A DNA stretch of 64,000 nt from an uncultured Gammaproteobacteria bacterium (GTDB taxonomy: Bacteria; Patescibacteriota; Patescibacteriia; UBA2591; CAYTBZ01). Within the stretch, counting starts at the first letter, position 1. Each line of letters begins with the position of its first letter. The translations under genes were made by a program, and so were the position numbers. The notes under the pieces were generated by a model. It had not been told where the DNA came from, searched no databases, and saw nothing but the letters and a program-made list of their open reading frames with translations. The stretch is from assembly GCA_964436275.1 (NCBI GenBank), contig CAYTBZ010000002.1, positions 13,660 through 77,659 of the forward strand, given 5' to 3'. This document shows, in pieces, positions 28,295-37,329 of this stretch.

Positions 28295-29257
28295 ATGAGT
28301 ATAATTTTTATTTTTCAAATTCTTTTTTTTGTATTTTTTTGTTTCTTGTTAATTAAAAGCGCTTCTTTATTAATTAAAAGCGTTTCTAAAATTGCTGTTG
28401 CTTTTCACTTAACTGAATTTACCTTAAGTTTCCTTTTGGTTGCTTTTGCTACTTCTTTACCTGAACTTTTTGTTGGGATAAGTTCAGCAATCAATCAGAA
28501 ACCGCTTTTTTCTTTGGGTAATGTTTTGGGTTCTAATATTGCTGTTGTTACCTTAATTATTGGTTTAGCCGCTCTTTTCAGTCGGGGAATTAAAATAAAA
28601 AGTTTAATTATCCAAGAAAATCTTCTTTACTTTATTTTTATTCCTTTTTTTTCTCTCTTGATGTTTTTAGATGGAAGATTAACTCGTTTAGAAGGGGGGA
28701 TACTTTTGGTTCTCTTCTTTTTTTATTGTTTAGAACTATATTCTCGGGGAAGATCGTTTCGCAAAATTTTAGAAGAAGATAAAAAGAAAAATAAGAAAAG
28801 AATTCTTAGAGAATTTATATATTTCATTGTTGAAGTTGCTTTACTTCTGATTAGCGCCCATTTTATAGTTCTTTTAGGTGTTAGAATTGCTAAACAGATA
28901 AATATTCCCTTACTACTATTTAGTTTATTTTTTGTTGCTTTAGGGACAAGTTTACCTGAATTAATCTTTCAATTGAAAGCGGCAAGAAGCGGACATGAAG
29001 AGATGACCCTTGGTGATGTATCAGGATCAATAGTAATTAATTCTTCATTGGTTTTAGGGGTAACCGCTTTGATTAAGCCAATTATTCTGACTGATACCTC
29101 TCATTTTACTTTTAGTGCCATATTTATGATGGTTTCTCTTCTTTTATTTACTGTTTTTACTCGAACGAAAAAAGAATTGTCCTCTTGGGAAGGACTTTTT
29201 TTAATCTTCTTTTATCTTGTTTTTGTCTTCATTGAATTTTTAAAAGGAAAAATTTAA
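28295..29257 (+). CDS. CaCA family Na+/Ca2+ exchanger (YrbG-like)
   Basis: Two alpha-repeat motifs, GNVLGSNIAVV and GDVSGSIVINSSLVLG, in a 320-aa protein with about 10 TM helices. Confidence 0.8.
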   Translation: MSIIFIFQILFFVFFCFLLIKSASLLIKSVSKIAVAFHLTEFTLSFLLVAFATSLPELFVGISSAINQKPLFSLGNVLGSNIAVVTLIIGLAALFSRGIKIKSLIIQENLLYFIFIPFFSLLMFLDGRLTRLEGGILLVLFFFYCLELYSRGRSFRKILEEDKKKNKKRILREFIYFIVEVALLLISAHFIVLLGVRIAKQINIPLLLFSLFFVALGTSLPELIFQLKAARSGHEEMTLGDVSGSIVINSSLVLGVTALIKPIILTDTSHFTFSAIFMMVSLLLFTVFTRTKKELSSWEGLFLIFFYLVFVFIEFLKGKI

Positions 29258-29274
29258 TTTTATTTGGTAGTTTG

Positions 29275-29303
29275 TCTAAATTTTAGTAATGCGGTATAAT
29301 TTT
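29275..29303 (+). promoter_or_regulatory. Promoter TTGTCT-17-TATAAT upstream of asnS
   Basis: -35 at 29275-29280, an exact 17-nt spacer, and TATAAT at 29298-29303. Confidence 0.5.
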
Positions 29304-29321
29304 TTTAGATAAAAAAGGATT

Positions 29322-30614
29322 ATGAAGATATTTATTAAAGATATTGCTCAATTTAAAGGCAAAAAAGTCACTCTTTGTGGTTGGATATTTAATTTTCGTT
29401 CCTCAGGGGGAATTTATTTCCTCCAGATAAGAGACGGCTCGGGATTTATTCAGGCAGTTGTAGATAGAAGTAAGGTGGAGAAAAAGACATGGGAAATTTG
29501 TCAAAAAATTAGTTTAGAAACATCAGCAGTTATTGAAGGGAAGGTTAGTCAACATCCAACTAAAAAGGAAATTTTTGAAATCCAGGTTGAGAAAATTAAA
29601 ATTATTCAAATTGCTGATAGATATCCTCTTGGAAAAAAATCACATGGCCCAGAATTTTTACTAGACCATCGACATTTATGGCTGCGTTCTAAAAGACAAT
29701 GGGCAATTCAAAAAATTCGCTATACATTAATTAAGGCAACCTATCAATGGTTGACCAATCATTACTTTATTAAAATAGATGCTCCAATTCTCACGCCAAT
29801 CGCTTGTGAAGGGACAACCACTTTATTTGGTTTGAAATACTTTGATTTGGGTAAGGCCTATCTTTCTCAATCTGGCCAACTTTACCTAGAGGCAGCTATT
29901 TTTGCCCATAATCGTGTTTTTGATTTTGGTCCAGTTTTCCGAGCAGAAAAATCAAAGACAAGAAGGCACTTAACAGAATTTTGGATGATGGATGCTGAAA
30001 TGGCTTTTGTCGAACATCAGGAGAATATGAAATTTCAGGAAAAATTGATTGTCTATCTAGTTAAAGAAGTTTTAAAAAATAACCAGAAAGAATTAGAAAT
30101 TTTGGAAAGAGATATTGAACCATTAAAGAAAATCAAACCGCCGTTTCCTAGGATTACTTATCAGGAAGCAATTGAAAAATTAAAGAAAAAAGGAGTAAAA
30201 ATAAAATACGGAGATGATTTTGGGGGAGACGAAGAGACCATTCTTTCTCAACTTTATGATAGACCATTATTTATAGAAAAATATCCGGCAAAATTAAAAG
30301 CATTTTATATGAAGCCAGACCCTAAGGATAAAAAGTTAGTTTTAAATGATGATTTATTAGCCCCTGAAGGATACGGAGAAATAATTGGCGGTTCTCAACG
30401 CGAAGAGGATTATCAAAACTTATTAAAACGTTTAAAAGAAAATAATTTGTCTCCTAAAGAATTTCAGTGGTATTTAGATTTAAGAAAATACGGCTCTGTT
30501 CCTCATTCAGGTTTTGGCTATGGTTTAGAAAGAATAGTTGCTTGGCTTTGCGGATTAAAACATGTAAGAGAAGCCATACCTTTTCCAAGATTGCTTAATC
30601 GCTTAAGACCATAA
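29322..30614 (+). CDS. asnS: Asparaginyl-tRNA synthetase (class IIb)
   Basis: Motif 2 FRAEKSKTRRHLTEFWMMDAEMAF and motif 3 GFGYGLERIVAWLCG. 430 aa ending in ...RP. Confidence 0.8.
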   Translation: MKIFIKDIAQFKGKKVTLCGWIFNFRSSGGIYFLQIRDGSGFIQAVVDRSKVEKKTWEICQKISLETSAVIEGKVSQHPTKKEIFEIQVEKIKIIQIADRYPLGKKSHGPEFLLDHRHLWLRSKRQWAIQKIRYTLIKATYQWLTNHYFIKIDAPILTPIACEGTTTLFGLKYFDLGKAYLSQSGQLYLEAAIFAHNRVFDFGPVFRAEKSKTRRHLTEFWMMDAEMAFVEHQENMKFQEKLIVYLVKEVLKNNQKELEILERDIEPLKKIKPPFPRITYQEAIEKLKKKGVKIKYGDDFGGDEETILSQLYDRPLFIEKYPAKLKAFYMKPDPKDKKLVLNDDLLAPEGYGEIIGGSQREEDYQNLLKRLKENNLSPKEFQWYLDLRKYGSVPHSGFGYGLERIVAWLCGLKHVREAIPFPRLLNRLRP

Positions 30615-30622
30615 TTATATCT

Positions 30623-32011
30623 ATGACTCGGACAAAAATTATTGACACAGTCAAAAAAATCAATGAAAAGGTTCTTCTTAAGGGCTGGGTTCATTCATAT
30701 CGCGATAAAGGGAAGATTATCTTTTTTGAATTAAGGGATGTAAGCGGAATTCTTCAATGTGTTGTTTGGCACGAAGACAAGGAGGTTTTTTCTTCGGCAA
30801 AGAAAATAGGCGTAGAGGATGTTCTTGAGGTTGTAGGAAAAGTGAATCAGCGACCCAAGAATCAAGTTAAAAAAGAGAAAGCCACGGGTATGTTGGAGAT
30901 AATTGTAGAAAAAATTAAAGTTATCAATAAAGCAAAAACATTACCTTTTGAAATCAATAAAGATAAGTTTAAAGAAAAGGTAAAAGAGGAGTTACGTTTA
31001 AAATATCGCTATTTAGATTTACGCCGGCCGAAAATGAAAGAAAAATTGATTTTCCGCCATCGTTTGATAAAATTTATCCGTGATTTTTTTGATCAAAAAG
31101 GGTTTTACGAAATTGAAACACCAATTTTAACTAAATCCACGCCAGAAGGAGCCCGAGATTATTTAGTTCCCTCAAGATTACATCCCGGTAAATTTTATGC
31201 TCTTCCTCAGTCTCCTCAACAATATAAGCAATTATTAATGGTTGCTGGAATAGAAAACTATTTTCAAATTGCTCGTTGCTTTCGTGATGAAGATCCACGC
31301 TCTGACCGTCAACCAGAATTTACTCAATTAGATATGGAGATGAGTTTCTGTCAGCAGAAAGATATCTTGAAGATAAGTGAAGAATTGTTAACAAAAATAG
31401 TAGAGAAGCTTTCGGATTGTCATTTAACCTTTAAACCATTTAAACGGTTGACCTATCAAGAAGCAATAAAAAAGTATGGTACAGATAAGCCAGATTTAAG
31501 AAAAGATAAAAATGACCCTAAAGAATTGGCTTTTGTTTGGATTTTAGATTGGCCCTTATTTTCTTGGGATAAAGAAAGAAAGAGATGGGACCCTTGTCAT
31601 CATATTTTCACCGCTCCTCAAGAGAAAGATATTCCTTTATTAGAAAAAAATCCGGCTAAAGTCCATTCCTGGCAACACGATTTAGTTTGTAATGGTTATG
31701 AAATAGGAGGAGGAAGTTTAAGAATTCATCAGCCTGACTTGCAAAAGAAAATTTTTAAATTAGTAGGAATTTCAGAAAAGGAAGCGGAAAAGAAGTTTGG
31801 TCATTTATTAGAAGCATTTTCTTATGGAGCCCCGCCTCACGGAGGAATTGCCTTTGGTTTAGATAGATTTTTAATGATTTTGACTGGAGAAACTAATATC
31901 CGTGAAGTTATTCCCTTTCCTAAAACAACTGATGCTCGTGATCCTTTGATGGACTCTCCAAGTGAAGTAGATAAAAAACAACTTAAAGAACTTCATTTAA
32001 AAATTAATTAA
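30623..32011 (+). CDS. aspS: Aspartyl-tRNA synthetase, bacterial-type but lacking the GAD insertion domain
   Basis: FYALPQSPQQYKQLLM, FRDEDPRSDRQPEFTQLDMEMSF and TDKPDLR are followed directly by ...FVWILDWPLF. 462 aa, versus about 590 aa typical. Confidence 0.8.
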   Translation: MTRTKIIDTVKKINEKVLLKGWVHSYRDKGKIIFFELRDVSGILQCVVWHEDKEVFSSAKKIGVEDVLEVVGKVNQRPKNQVKKEKATGMLEIIVEKIKVINKAKTLPFEINKDKFKEKVKEELRLKYRYLDLRRPKMKEKLIFRHRLIKFIRDFFDQKGFYEIETPILTKSTPEGARDYLVPSRLHPGKFYALPQSPQQYKQLLMVAGIENYFQIARCFRDEDPRSDRQPEFTQLDMEMSFCQQKDILKISEELLTKIVEKLSDCHLTFKPFKRLTYQEAIKKYGTDKPDLRKDKNDPKELAFVWILDWPLFSWDKERKRWDPCHHIFTAPQEKDIPLLEKNPAKVHSWQHDLVCNGYEIGGGSLRIHQPDLQKKIFKLVGISEKEAEKKFGHLLEAFSYGAPPHGGIAFGLDRFLMILTGETNIREVIPFPKTTDARDPLMDSPSEVDKKQLKELHLKIN

Positions 32012-32017
32012 AAGCAA

Positions 32018-32683
32018 ATGGAAATAACCTTAGCACGAATCAATAGTGACCCGAGAATCAATGAATTTATTCGCCAAACAGAAAAAGCCCTTAAAGTTCA
32101 GGGATTTACTGAACATGGTTTTCGGCATGCTAATTTGGTTGCTTCTCGTGCTCGGACAGTGGCTCAAATGATTGGTCTTTCCAAAAAAGAGCAAGAGCTT
32201 GCTGCTGTAGCTGGTTATTGTCATGATATGGCAAATTTTTTGGGGAGAACCCATCATCATTACTGGGGCGCCTTACTTTTTGGCCAACTTTATTTAAAGG
32301 ATAATAATCCTAAAGATGTTGCTTTAGTTATGCAGGCAATTGCTAATCATGATAAGGAAGAGATGAAATTATCTAATCCTATTTCTGCTGTTTTGGTTTT
32401 AGCCGATAAGTCAGATGTTCATCGGGAAAGAGTTTCCCAGGTTTCTGCTTCAAGATTAAAGGTGGATATTCATAATCGAGTTAATTACGCAACGATTGCG
32501 AGTAAGTTAGGTATTGATAAAAAAACAAAAGAAATAAAACTTTCCCTAAAAATTGATACAAAAATTGTTCCGATAATGGAATATTTTGAGATATTTACTC
32601 AAAGAATGGTTTATTGTCGGAAAGCAGCAGAATATCTTGGTTACAAATTTACTTTAGAGATAAACAAATTTAAACTTTTGTAA
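32018..32683 (+). CDS. HD-domain phosphohydrolase
   Basis: HGFRHANLV ... CHDMANF H/HD metal-binding motifs. Confidence 0.65.
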   Translation: MEITLARINSDPRINEFIRQTEKALKVQGFTEHGFRHANLVASRARTVAQMIGLSKKEQELAAVAGYCHDMANFLGRTHHHYWGALLFGQLYLKDNNPKDVALVMQAIANHDKEEMKLSNPISAVLVLADKSDVHRERVSQVSASRLKVDIHNRVNYATIASKLGIDKKTKEIKLSLKIDTKIVPIMEYFEIFTQRMVYCRKAAEYLGYKFTLEINKFKLL

Positions 32684-32688
32684 TCAAA

Positions 32689-33009
32689 ATGTATTTATCA
32701 AAACTTCAGCAATATATCTTGTTAGAATTATATTTTTCCCGAAGGAAAAAATATCCTAAAAATGATTTAAAGAGTTATTATCAGCGACAGAATAAAAAAT
32801 TGAAAGAAAAAAATAAACAGAGCATTATTACTCGGAGTATAGAGAGATTAATAAAGAAAGGATTATTAGTTGGTTATGGTGAGAGGACGCCGGAAAAGTG
32901 GTATATTCAAGAGATAAAGTTAACTAAAAAGGGAAAAGAAGTGGTTAAAGAACTTCTAAAAAATTATGGTCGATTGCCTTTTAAAATAAAGAGAAAGAAA
33001 AATAAATAA
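32689..33009 (+). CDS. Small basic protein, possible winged-helix DNA-binding
   Basis: 106 aa and lysine-rich. Helix-turn-helix-like segment ITRSIERLIKKGLLVGYG. Confidence 0.35.
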   Translation: MYLSKLQQYILLELYFSRRKKYPKNDLKSYYQRQNKKLKEKNKQSIITRSIERLIKKGLLVGYGERTPEKWYIQEIKLTKKGKEVVKELLKNYGRLPFKIKRKKNK

Positions 33010-33019
33010 TTTAATTTAT

Positions 33020-33643
33020 TTGCCTATGGTTAAAAAGAAGAAAAAAGCGTCTCAAAAAAAATCTAAAAAAAGAAAAGTTAGTTCTTTAAAAAAGAAGGCA
33101 AAAGCCAAAAAGGGAACTTCATTAAAGAAAAGAAAAGTTAAATCTACTTCAAAAAAGAAGAAAATTAAAGTTCCTCGAGCGAAAATCCCAGCTAAATTAT
33201 TAAGGATATTGGAAAGCAATAAGATTAGGTATAAAATTATTCCTCATAAGGTTGTTTTTACTGCTTATGATTTGGCTCAAACATTGAAGATAGATTTAAA
33301 GAGAGTAACAAAAACACTTGTTCTAAAAACTGATAAAGGATATTGCTTAGCTGTTTTGCCTGGTAATTTAAAACTTGATTTGAATAAGTTTAAAAAATTG
33401 TTTAAGTTTAAAAAAGTAAGTATGGTCCCGGAAAAAGAAATGGTAAAGAAGTTTAAAATTAAACCAGGCGCAATAACACCCTTTGCTTCTCTTTATAAAA
33501 TTCCTCTTTATTTAGAGAAGAAAATAGCTATTTTAGATAAATGTTTGTTCCAATCAGGGAGTTTTCAAGAATCAATAGAGATGAGGGTAAAGGATTTTAT
33601 CAAATTAGAAAATCCTTTTCTTGGTTCTTTTGGTAAGAAATAA
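33020..33643 (+). CDS. YbaK/ProX-like aminoacyl-tRNA deacylase with about 60-aa polylysine N-terminal tail
   Basis: Core TLVLKTDKGYCLAVLPGNLKLDLNK...PGAITPF. The N-terminus is KKKKKASQKKSKKRKVSSLKKKAKAKKG... Confidence 0.65.
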   Translation: MPMVKKKKKASQKKSKKRKVSSLKKKAKAKKGTSLKKRKVKSTSKKKKIKVPRAKIPAKLLRILESNKIRYKIIPHKVVFTAYDLAQTLKIDLKRVTKTLVLKTDKGYCLAVLPGNLKLDLNKFKKLFKFKKVSMVPEKEMVKKFKIKPGAITPFASLYKIPLYLEKKIAILDKCLFQSGSFQESIEMRVKDFIKLENPFLGSFGKK

Positions 33644-33646
33644 TTT

Positions 33647-34357
33647 ATGGAAGAGTATTCAATAAAATTGGAACAATTTGAAGGTCCTCTTCCTTTACTT
33701 TTAGAACTGATTGAAAAGGAAAAGTTAGACATTAGTAATATCTCTTTAGCCAAGGTTGCTGACCAATGCATTGCTTATTTAGAAAGACAAGAGTTTTCTG
33801 ACCCGCGCTTATTGGCTGATTTTTTAGTAGTTGTAGCAAAATTAATTTTAATTAAGTCAAAGTTATTTATTCCTCTTTTAGAAACAGAGTTAGATGAAGA
33901 GGATTTAGGAATTAGTTTAGAAAAGCAATTAAAGATATTTCAGAGATATTATCTTGCTTCTAAGAAAATAAAACAAATAATTGCTCAAAAACATTTTTCT
34001 TTTCCTCGCCAAAACCCTATTATTGTTGAAGGTTTCTATCCGCCAAAAGGTATAAATAAAGAGATTTTGTCCAGAACCTTGAATGAATTAATTACCCAAA
34101 TAGAGCCAGTCGTTAAAATTCCTCATAAGACGATTAAAAGAATTATTTCTCTTCAAGAGAAGATTAAACAGATAAAAAAAATAATTTTAGAGAAACAGAC
34201 AATAGAGTTTAGATATCTAATTAAATCTAATTCTCTTTCAGAGATTATTGTTACTTTTCTTGCGGTTTTAGAACTTACCAAAGAAAAATCAATTGTCCCT
34301 ATCCAAAATAATCTTTTTGAAGAAATAAAAATTAGTTCTTATGACGGAAAAGAATGA
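33647..34357 (+). CDS. scpA: Segregation and condensation protein A
   Basis: QFEGPLPLLLELIEKEKLDISNISLAKVADQ. Confidence 0.8.
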   Translation: MEEYSIKLEQFEGPLPLLLELIEKEKLDISNISLAKVADQCIAYLERQEFSDPRLLADFLVVVAKLILIKSKLFIPLLETELDEEDLGISLEKQLKIFQRYYLASKKIKQIIAQKHFSFPRQNPIIVEGFYPPKGINKEILSRTLNELITQIEPVVKIPHKTIKRIISLQEKIKQIKKIILEKQTIEFRYLIKSNSLSEIIVTFLAVLELTKEKSIVPIQNNLFEEIKISSYDGKE

Positions 34358-34901
34358 TTTAAACAAACTAAAGTCATTAATTGAGAGTTTACTCTTTATT
34401 TCTTCCCATCCTCTTTCTTTATCTCAGTTAACTCGTTTAGTCAAGAATGACCAAAAAGAGGTAGAAAAGGCATTAGAAGAATTAACTGAAGATTATAATA
34501 AGAACCAGCGGGGGATAAAGATTATCCAAAATAATAATAAATTTCAAATGGTGACCAATCCGGAAAATTCTTCGCTCATTCAAAAATTTCTCAAAGAAGA
34601 AAGGAGCGGTGAATTGACTCCTGCTTCTTTAGAAACATTATCGGTTTTAAGTTATTGCGGACCAATGACCAAATATGAATTAGAGCAGATAAGAGGCGTG
34701 AATTGTAGTTTAATCTTAAGAAATCTAATGATAAAGGGTTTAGTGGAAGTCCAGTCAAAGAATGAAGAAGGGCTCCCCCTTTATGATATAACTTTTGATT
34801 TTTTGCATTATTTAGGTCTTAACAGAAGGGAAGAATTGCCTGATTATGAGAAATTACATCGTCATCAGATTTTAGAAGAATTAATAAATAATCAAAATTG
34901 A
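34341..34901 (+). CDS. scpB: Segregation and condensation protein B
   Basis: LIESLLFISSHPLSLSQL winged helix. Overlaps scpA. Confidence 0.8.
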   Translation: MTEKNDLNKLKSLIESLLFISSHPLSLSQLTRLVKNDQKEVEKALEELTEDYNKNQRGIKIIQNNNKFQMVTNPENSSLIQKFLKEERSGELTPASLETLSVLSYCGPMTKYELEQIRGVNCSLILRNLMIKGLVEVQSKNEEGLPLYDITFDFLHYLGLNRREELPDYEKLHRHQILEELINNQN

Positions 34902-34954
34902 CTTTTTATCTCATTCTCTTATAATATAAATATAAGAAATTTTAGTTTAAAATT

Positions 34955-35260
34955 ATGGACCAATTAAGTAAAGAATTAAAGGAACTTCTATTGAAATTTC
35001 CTCTCTTTGCCAATTTGAAGAAAAAACGTTTGTATTTATCAAATTTAGACAGATTAGGAAAGAGAGAAAGCAAAGATCTGATTAAGAAGTTAAGGCAAAT
35101 AATTAAGGAAAGAGACAGGAAGCTTTTAGCTCTTCGCGAAAAATGGGAAAATTTTATGCTTCGAGAGAAAAAGAAAATTCTTAATCTGATTAGAAAAAGA
35201 ATTGAGGAGCAGTCAAACAAAAAACTGAAAGAACTAAGAGAAAAGTTAAAAGAAATTTAA
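34955..35260 (+). CDS. Hypothetical coiled-coil K/E/R-rich protein
   Basis: 101-aa ORF on the operon strand. The antisense ORF at 34942..35220 was rejected. Confidence 0.35.
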   Translation: MDQLSKELKELLLKFPLFANLKKKRLYLSNLDRLGKRESKDLIKKLRQIIKERDRKLLALREKWENFMLREKKKILNLIRKRIEEQSNKKLKELREKLKEI

Positions 35261-35303
35261 TAATTTATTTTATTATTGAATAATTTATTAATTTTCTTTA
35301 ATT

Positions 35304-36482
35304 ATGCTAAAAGAATCAAATTTAATTTTAAGAGAAAAAGAGAAAAAGGAAGAAAAAGAAGAGAAATATCTTCCTCTTTCTCCAAAAGAAGAAATAGAGG
35401 AGGGAATTAAGGATTTAGAAGAAATAACGAGAGGAAATAAAGAGGAAGTTATTAATTTAGATGAGGCAAGAAAAATTACTCGCGAAACAATAGGAATGGC
35501 AGAGGAAATAGAAAAAGATGCTGAAAGAATTGAAGAAGCAGCAGAAGTTAAATTAGAAAGGGTCTTAGAAGATATTCTTCTTCAAAACAAGAAAGAAAGA
35601 AAAAATTGGTTAAAAATAGCAATGAAAACAGCTGATAAGTTTTTGAAGAGAACGAGAACCAAATTTGAAAAATTAGTACCGCCTAATCGTTTAAAAGAGA
35701 TAGAACGGTCTTTAGCGCGAAAGGTTAAAACACTTTTAATCTTAGCCATTGCTTTAGAAAGTATTCCAGCAGGAGCCAGTGGGGGAGAAAAGAAACAGAC
35801 AGAAAAAGCAGACAGTTTGGCTTTAGCCACCACCGCAGAAGTTCTTTCTCATAGTGATAAAGATACAACTACCTTAGCCACTCAAGAGGCCTTGGAAAAA
35901 GGAGTAATTACTCAAAAAGAATTAGAAAAGTATAAAACACCATCAGCTAAAGAAGAGGGAAAAGTTGAATTGAATTTTAAATACCCTGAAGACGCTGAAG
36001 GAATAAAAAAGTTTATTAAAAAATTAGCTTCTACTGATTATCAAAATGATACCTTAGGACTTTCTTTTGACTTAGAATTTTTAACAGAAAAAGTAAATTA
36101 TTATAACCAGAAGCATCCAGATGATAAGATAAATTTAGCTCAAGCCACAGAATCATTGCCTGAGGAGACAAAAGATTTGATAAAAGAATATCTATCTAAA
36201 GAGTTCCATGATGTTTTAAACGAGACATTAGAAGATTTTAGAAGTGATTTTAAGTCACGCCGTCTTCCTCGGGGGAAGAAAAATATCATCCGTCTTTTCT
36301 GGGCGATGAGGGCTCAGGCTAAACAAGGGAAATGGGATAAGATTATTCAGCTTTGGGAGAAAAGAGTTGATTATTATCCGCCAGTGTATCGAGAACAGCG
36401 ATATTGGGATGAGTATAACCATAAGTTAGAGCAATTAGAATATGAAATATCTTTAATCAAGACGTTCCTTGTTTCTGGGTAA
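35304..36482 (+). CDS. Hypothetical protein (E/K-rich N-terminus, unknown C-terminal domain)
   Basis: 392-aa ORF with no recognisable motifs. Confidence 0.5.
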   Translation: MLKESNLILREKEKKEEKEEKYLPLSPKEEIEEGIKDLEEITRGNKEEVINLDEARKITRETIGMAEEIEKDAERIEEAAEVKLERVLEDILLQNKKERKNWLKIAMKTADKFLKRTRTKFEKLVPPNRLKEIERSLARKVKTLLILAIALESIPAGASGGEKKQTEKADSLALATTAEVLSHSDKDTTTLATQEALEKGVITQKELEKYKTPSAKEEGKVELNFKYPEDAEGIKKFIKKLASTDYQNDTLGLSFDLEFLTEKVNYYNQKHPDDKINLAQATESLPEETKDLIKEYLSKEFHDVLNETLEDFRSDFKSRRLPRGKKNIIRLFWAMRAQAKQGKWDKIIQLWEKRVDYYPPVYREQRYWDEYNHKLEQLEYEISLIKTFLVSG

Positions 36483-36506
36483 AGTAAACTAATATTTTAA
36501 AAAATA

Positions 36507-36540
36507 AAAACAAGAGAATCTTTCTCTTGTTTTTATTTTT
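36507..36540. terminator. Bidirectional terminator CAAGAGA-loop-TCTCTTG flanked by A-run and T-run
   Basis: Lies between the convergent ORF at 35304..36482 and rpmA. Confidence 0.65.
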
Positions 36541-36550
36541 TATCTTCTCC

Positions 36551-36847
36551 TTATTTCTTTTTCTTTTCCTTTAAAGGGACAACCCTGACGAAGGTGGTTA
36601 GTTTTTTTTGCCCATTAAATCTTTTTCTTTTTTTCTTATAAAATTCAACTTTACCATCTATTAAGGCAAAAAGAGTATCATCTTTTCCTCTTTTAACATT
36701 TTCTCCGGGATGATACTTGGTTCCTCGTTGGCGGACAATAATTGCTCCGGCTTTTGCGAATTGTCCGCCAAACAATTTGACTCCCAATCTCTGTGATTGT
36801 GAGTCCCGACCCAATTTTGTTGAACCTCCTGCTTTTTTGTGAGCCAT
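36551..36847 (-). CDS. rpmA: 50S ribosomal protein L27
   Basis: [29 protein letters not shown]. Confidence 0.92.
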   Translation of the reverse strand: MAHKKAGGSTKLGRDSQSQRLGVKLFGGQFAKAGAIIVRQRGTKYHPGENVKRGKDDTLFALIDGKVEFYKKKRKRFNGQKKLTTFVRVVPLKEKKKK

Positions 36848-36934
36848 ATTCTTTTTTAATACTTTTTATTGTTTTCTATTTTATCCTTTTCTTTTAAAAA
36901 AGTCAATTCTTTTCTGGAAAAAACCTTATCTTTA

Positions 36935-36943
36935 TGATAAAAT
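36935..36943 (+). promoter_or_regulatory. Extended -10 TGATAAAAT placed 6 nt before the ATG at 36950 (leaderless)
   Basis: Same architecture as the adk promoter. Confidence 0.45.
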
Positions 36944-36949
36944 GTCCTT

Positions 36950-37327
36950 ATGAAACTCTCAAATTTAATTAAGAGATTATTTAGAACAAAACAGCATTAT
37001 TTTTGGCAGGATAAACTCATTTTCTTTCCTGGTATCATAAGTATTATTTTGAATTTTTTTATTTGGCTTTTTCTAATAATCCGGGTAAAATCGCTAAATC
37101 AAATTATACCACTTCATTACAATATTTATTATGGAGTAGATTTTATTGGGCCAAAGACAGAATTATTTAAAATTAATTTATTGGCTTTATTAATTCTTTT
37201 TATCAATTTATTTCTTGCTTTTAAAATATATAAATACGAAAGAATAAATAGTTATTTTCTTCTATTTGCCTCTCTTTTAAGTCAATTAATTTTCTTAATA
37301 TTTTTTATTTCCATTGTTAATCTTTAA
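36950..37327 (+). CDS. Hypothetical membrane protein upstream of mraY
   Basis: 125 aa with 3 predicted TM helices. Confidence 0.45.
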   Translation: MKLSNLIKRLFRTKQHYFWQDKLIFFPGIISIILNFFIWLFLIIRVKSLNQIIPLHYNIYYGVDFIGPKTELFKINLLALLILFINLFLAFKIYKYERINSYFLLFASLLSQLIFLIFFISIVNL

Positions 37328-37329
37328 AA

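Noticed and set aside
34942-35220. 92-aa minus-strand ORF antisense to the 34955..35260 ORF
   Set aside because: It is the mirror of a low-complexity K/E-rich region. The plus-strand frame fits the operon orientation, so it was called instead, at low confidence.
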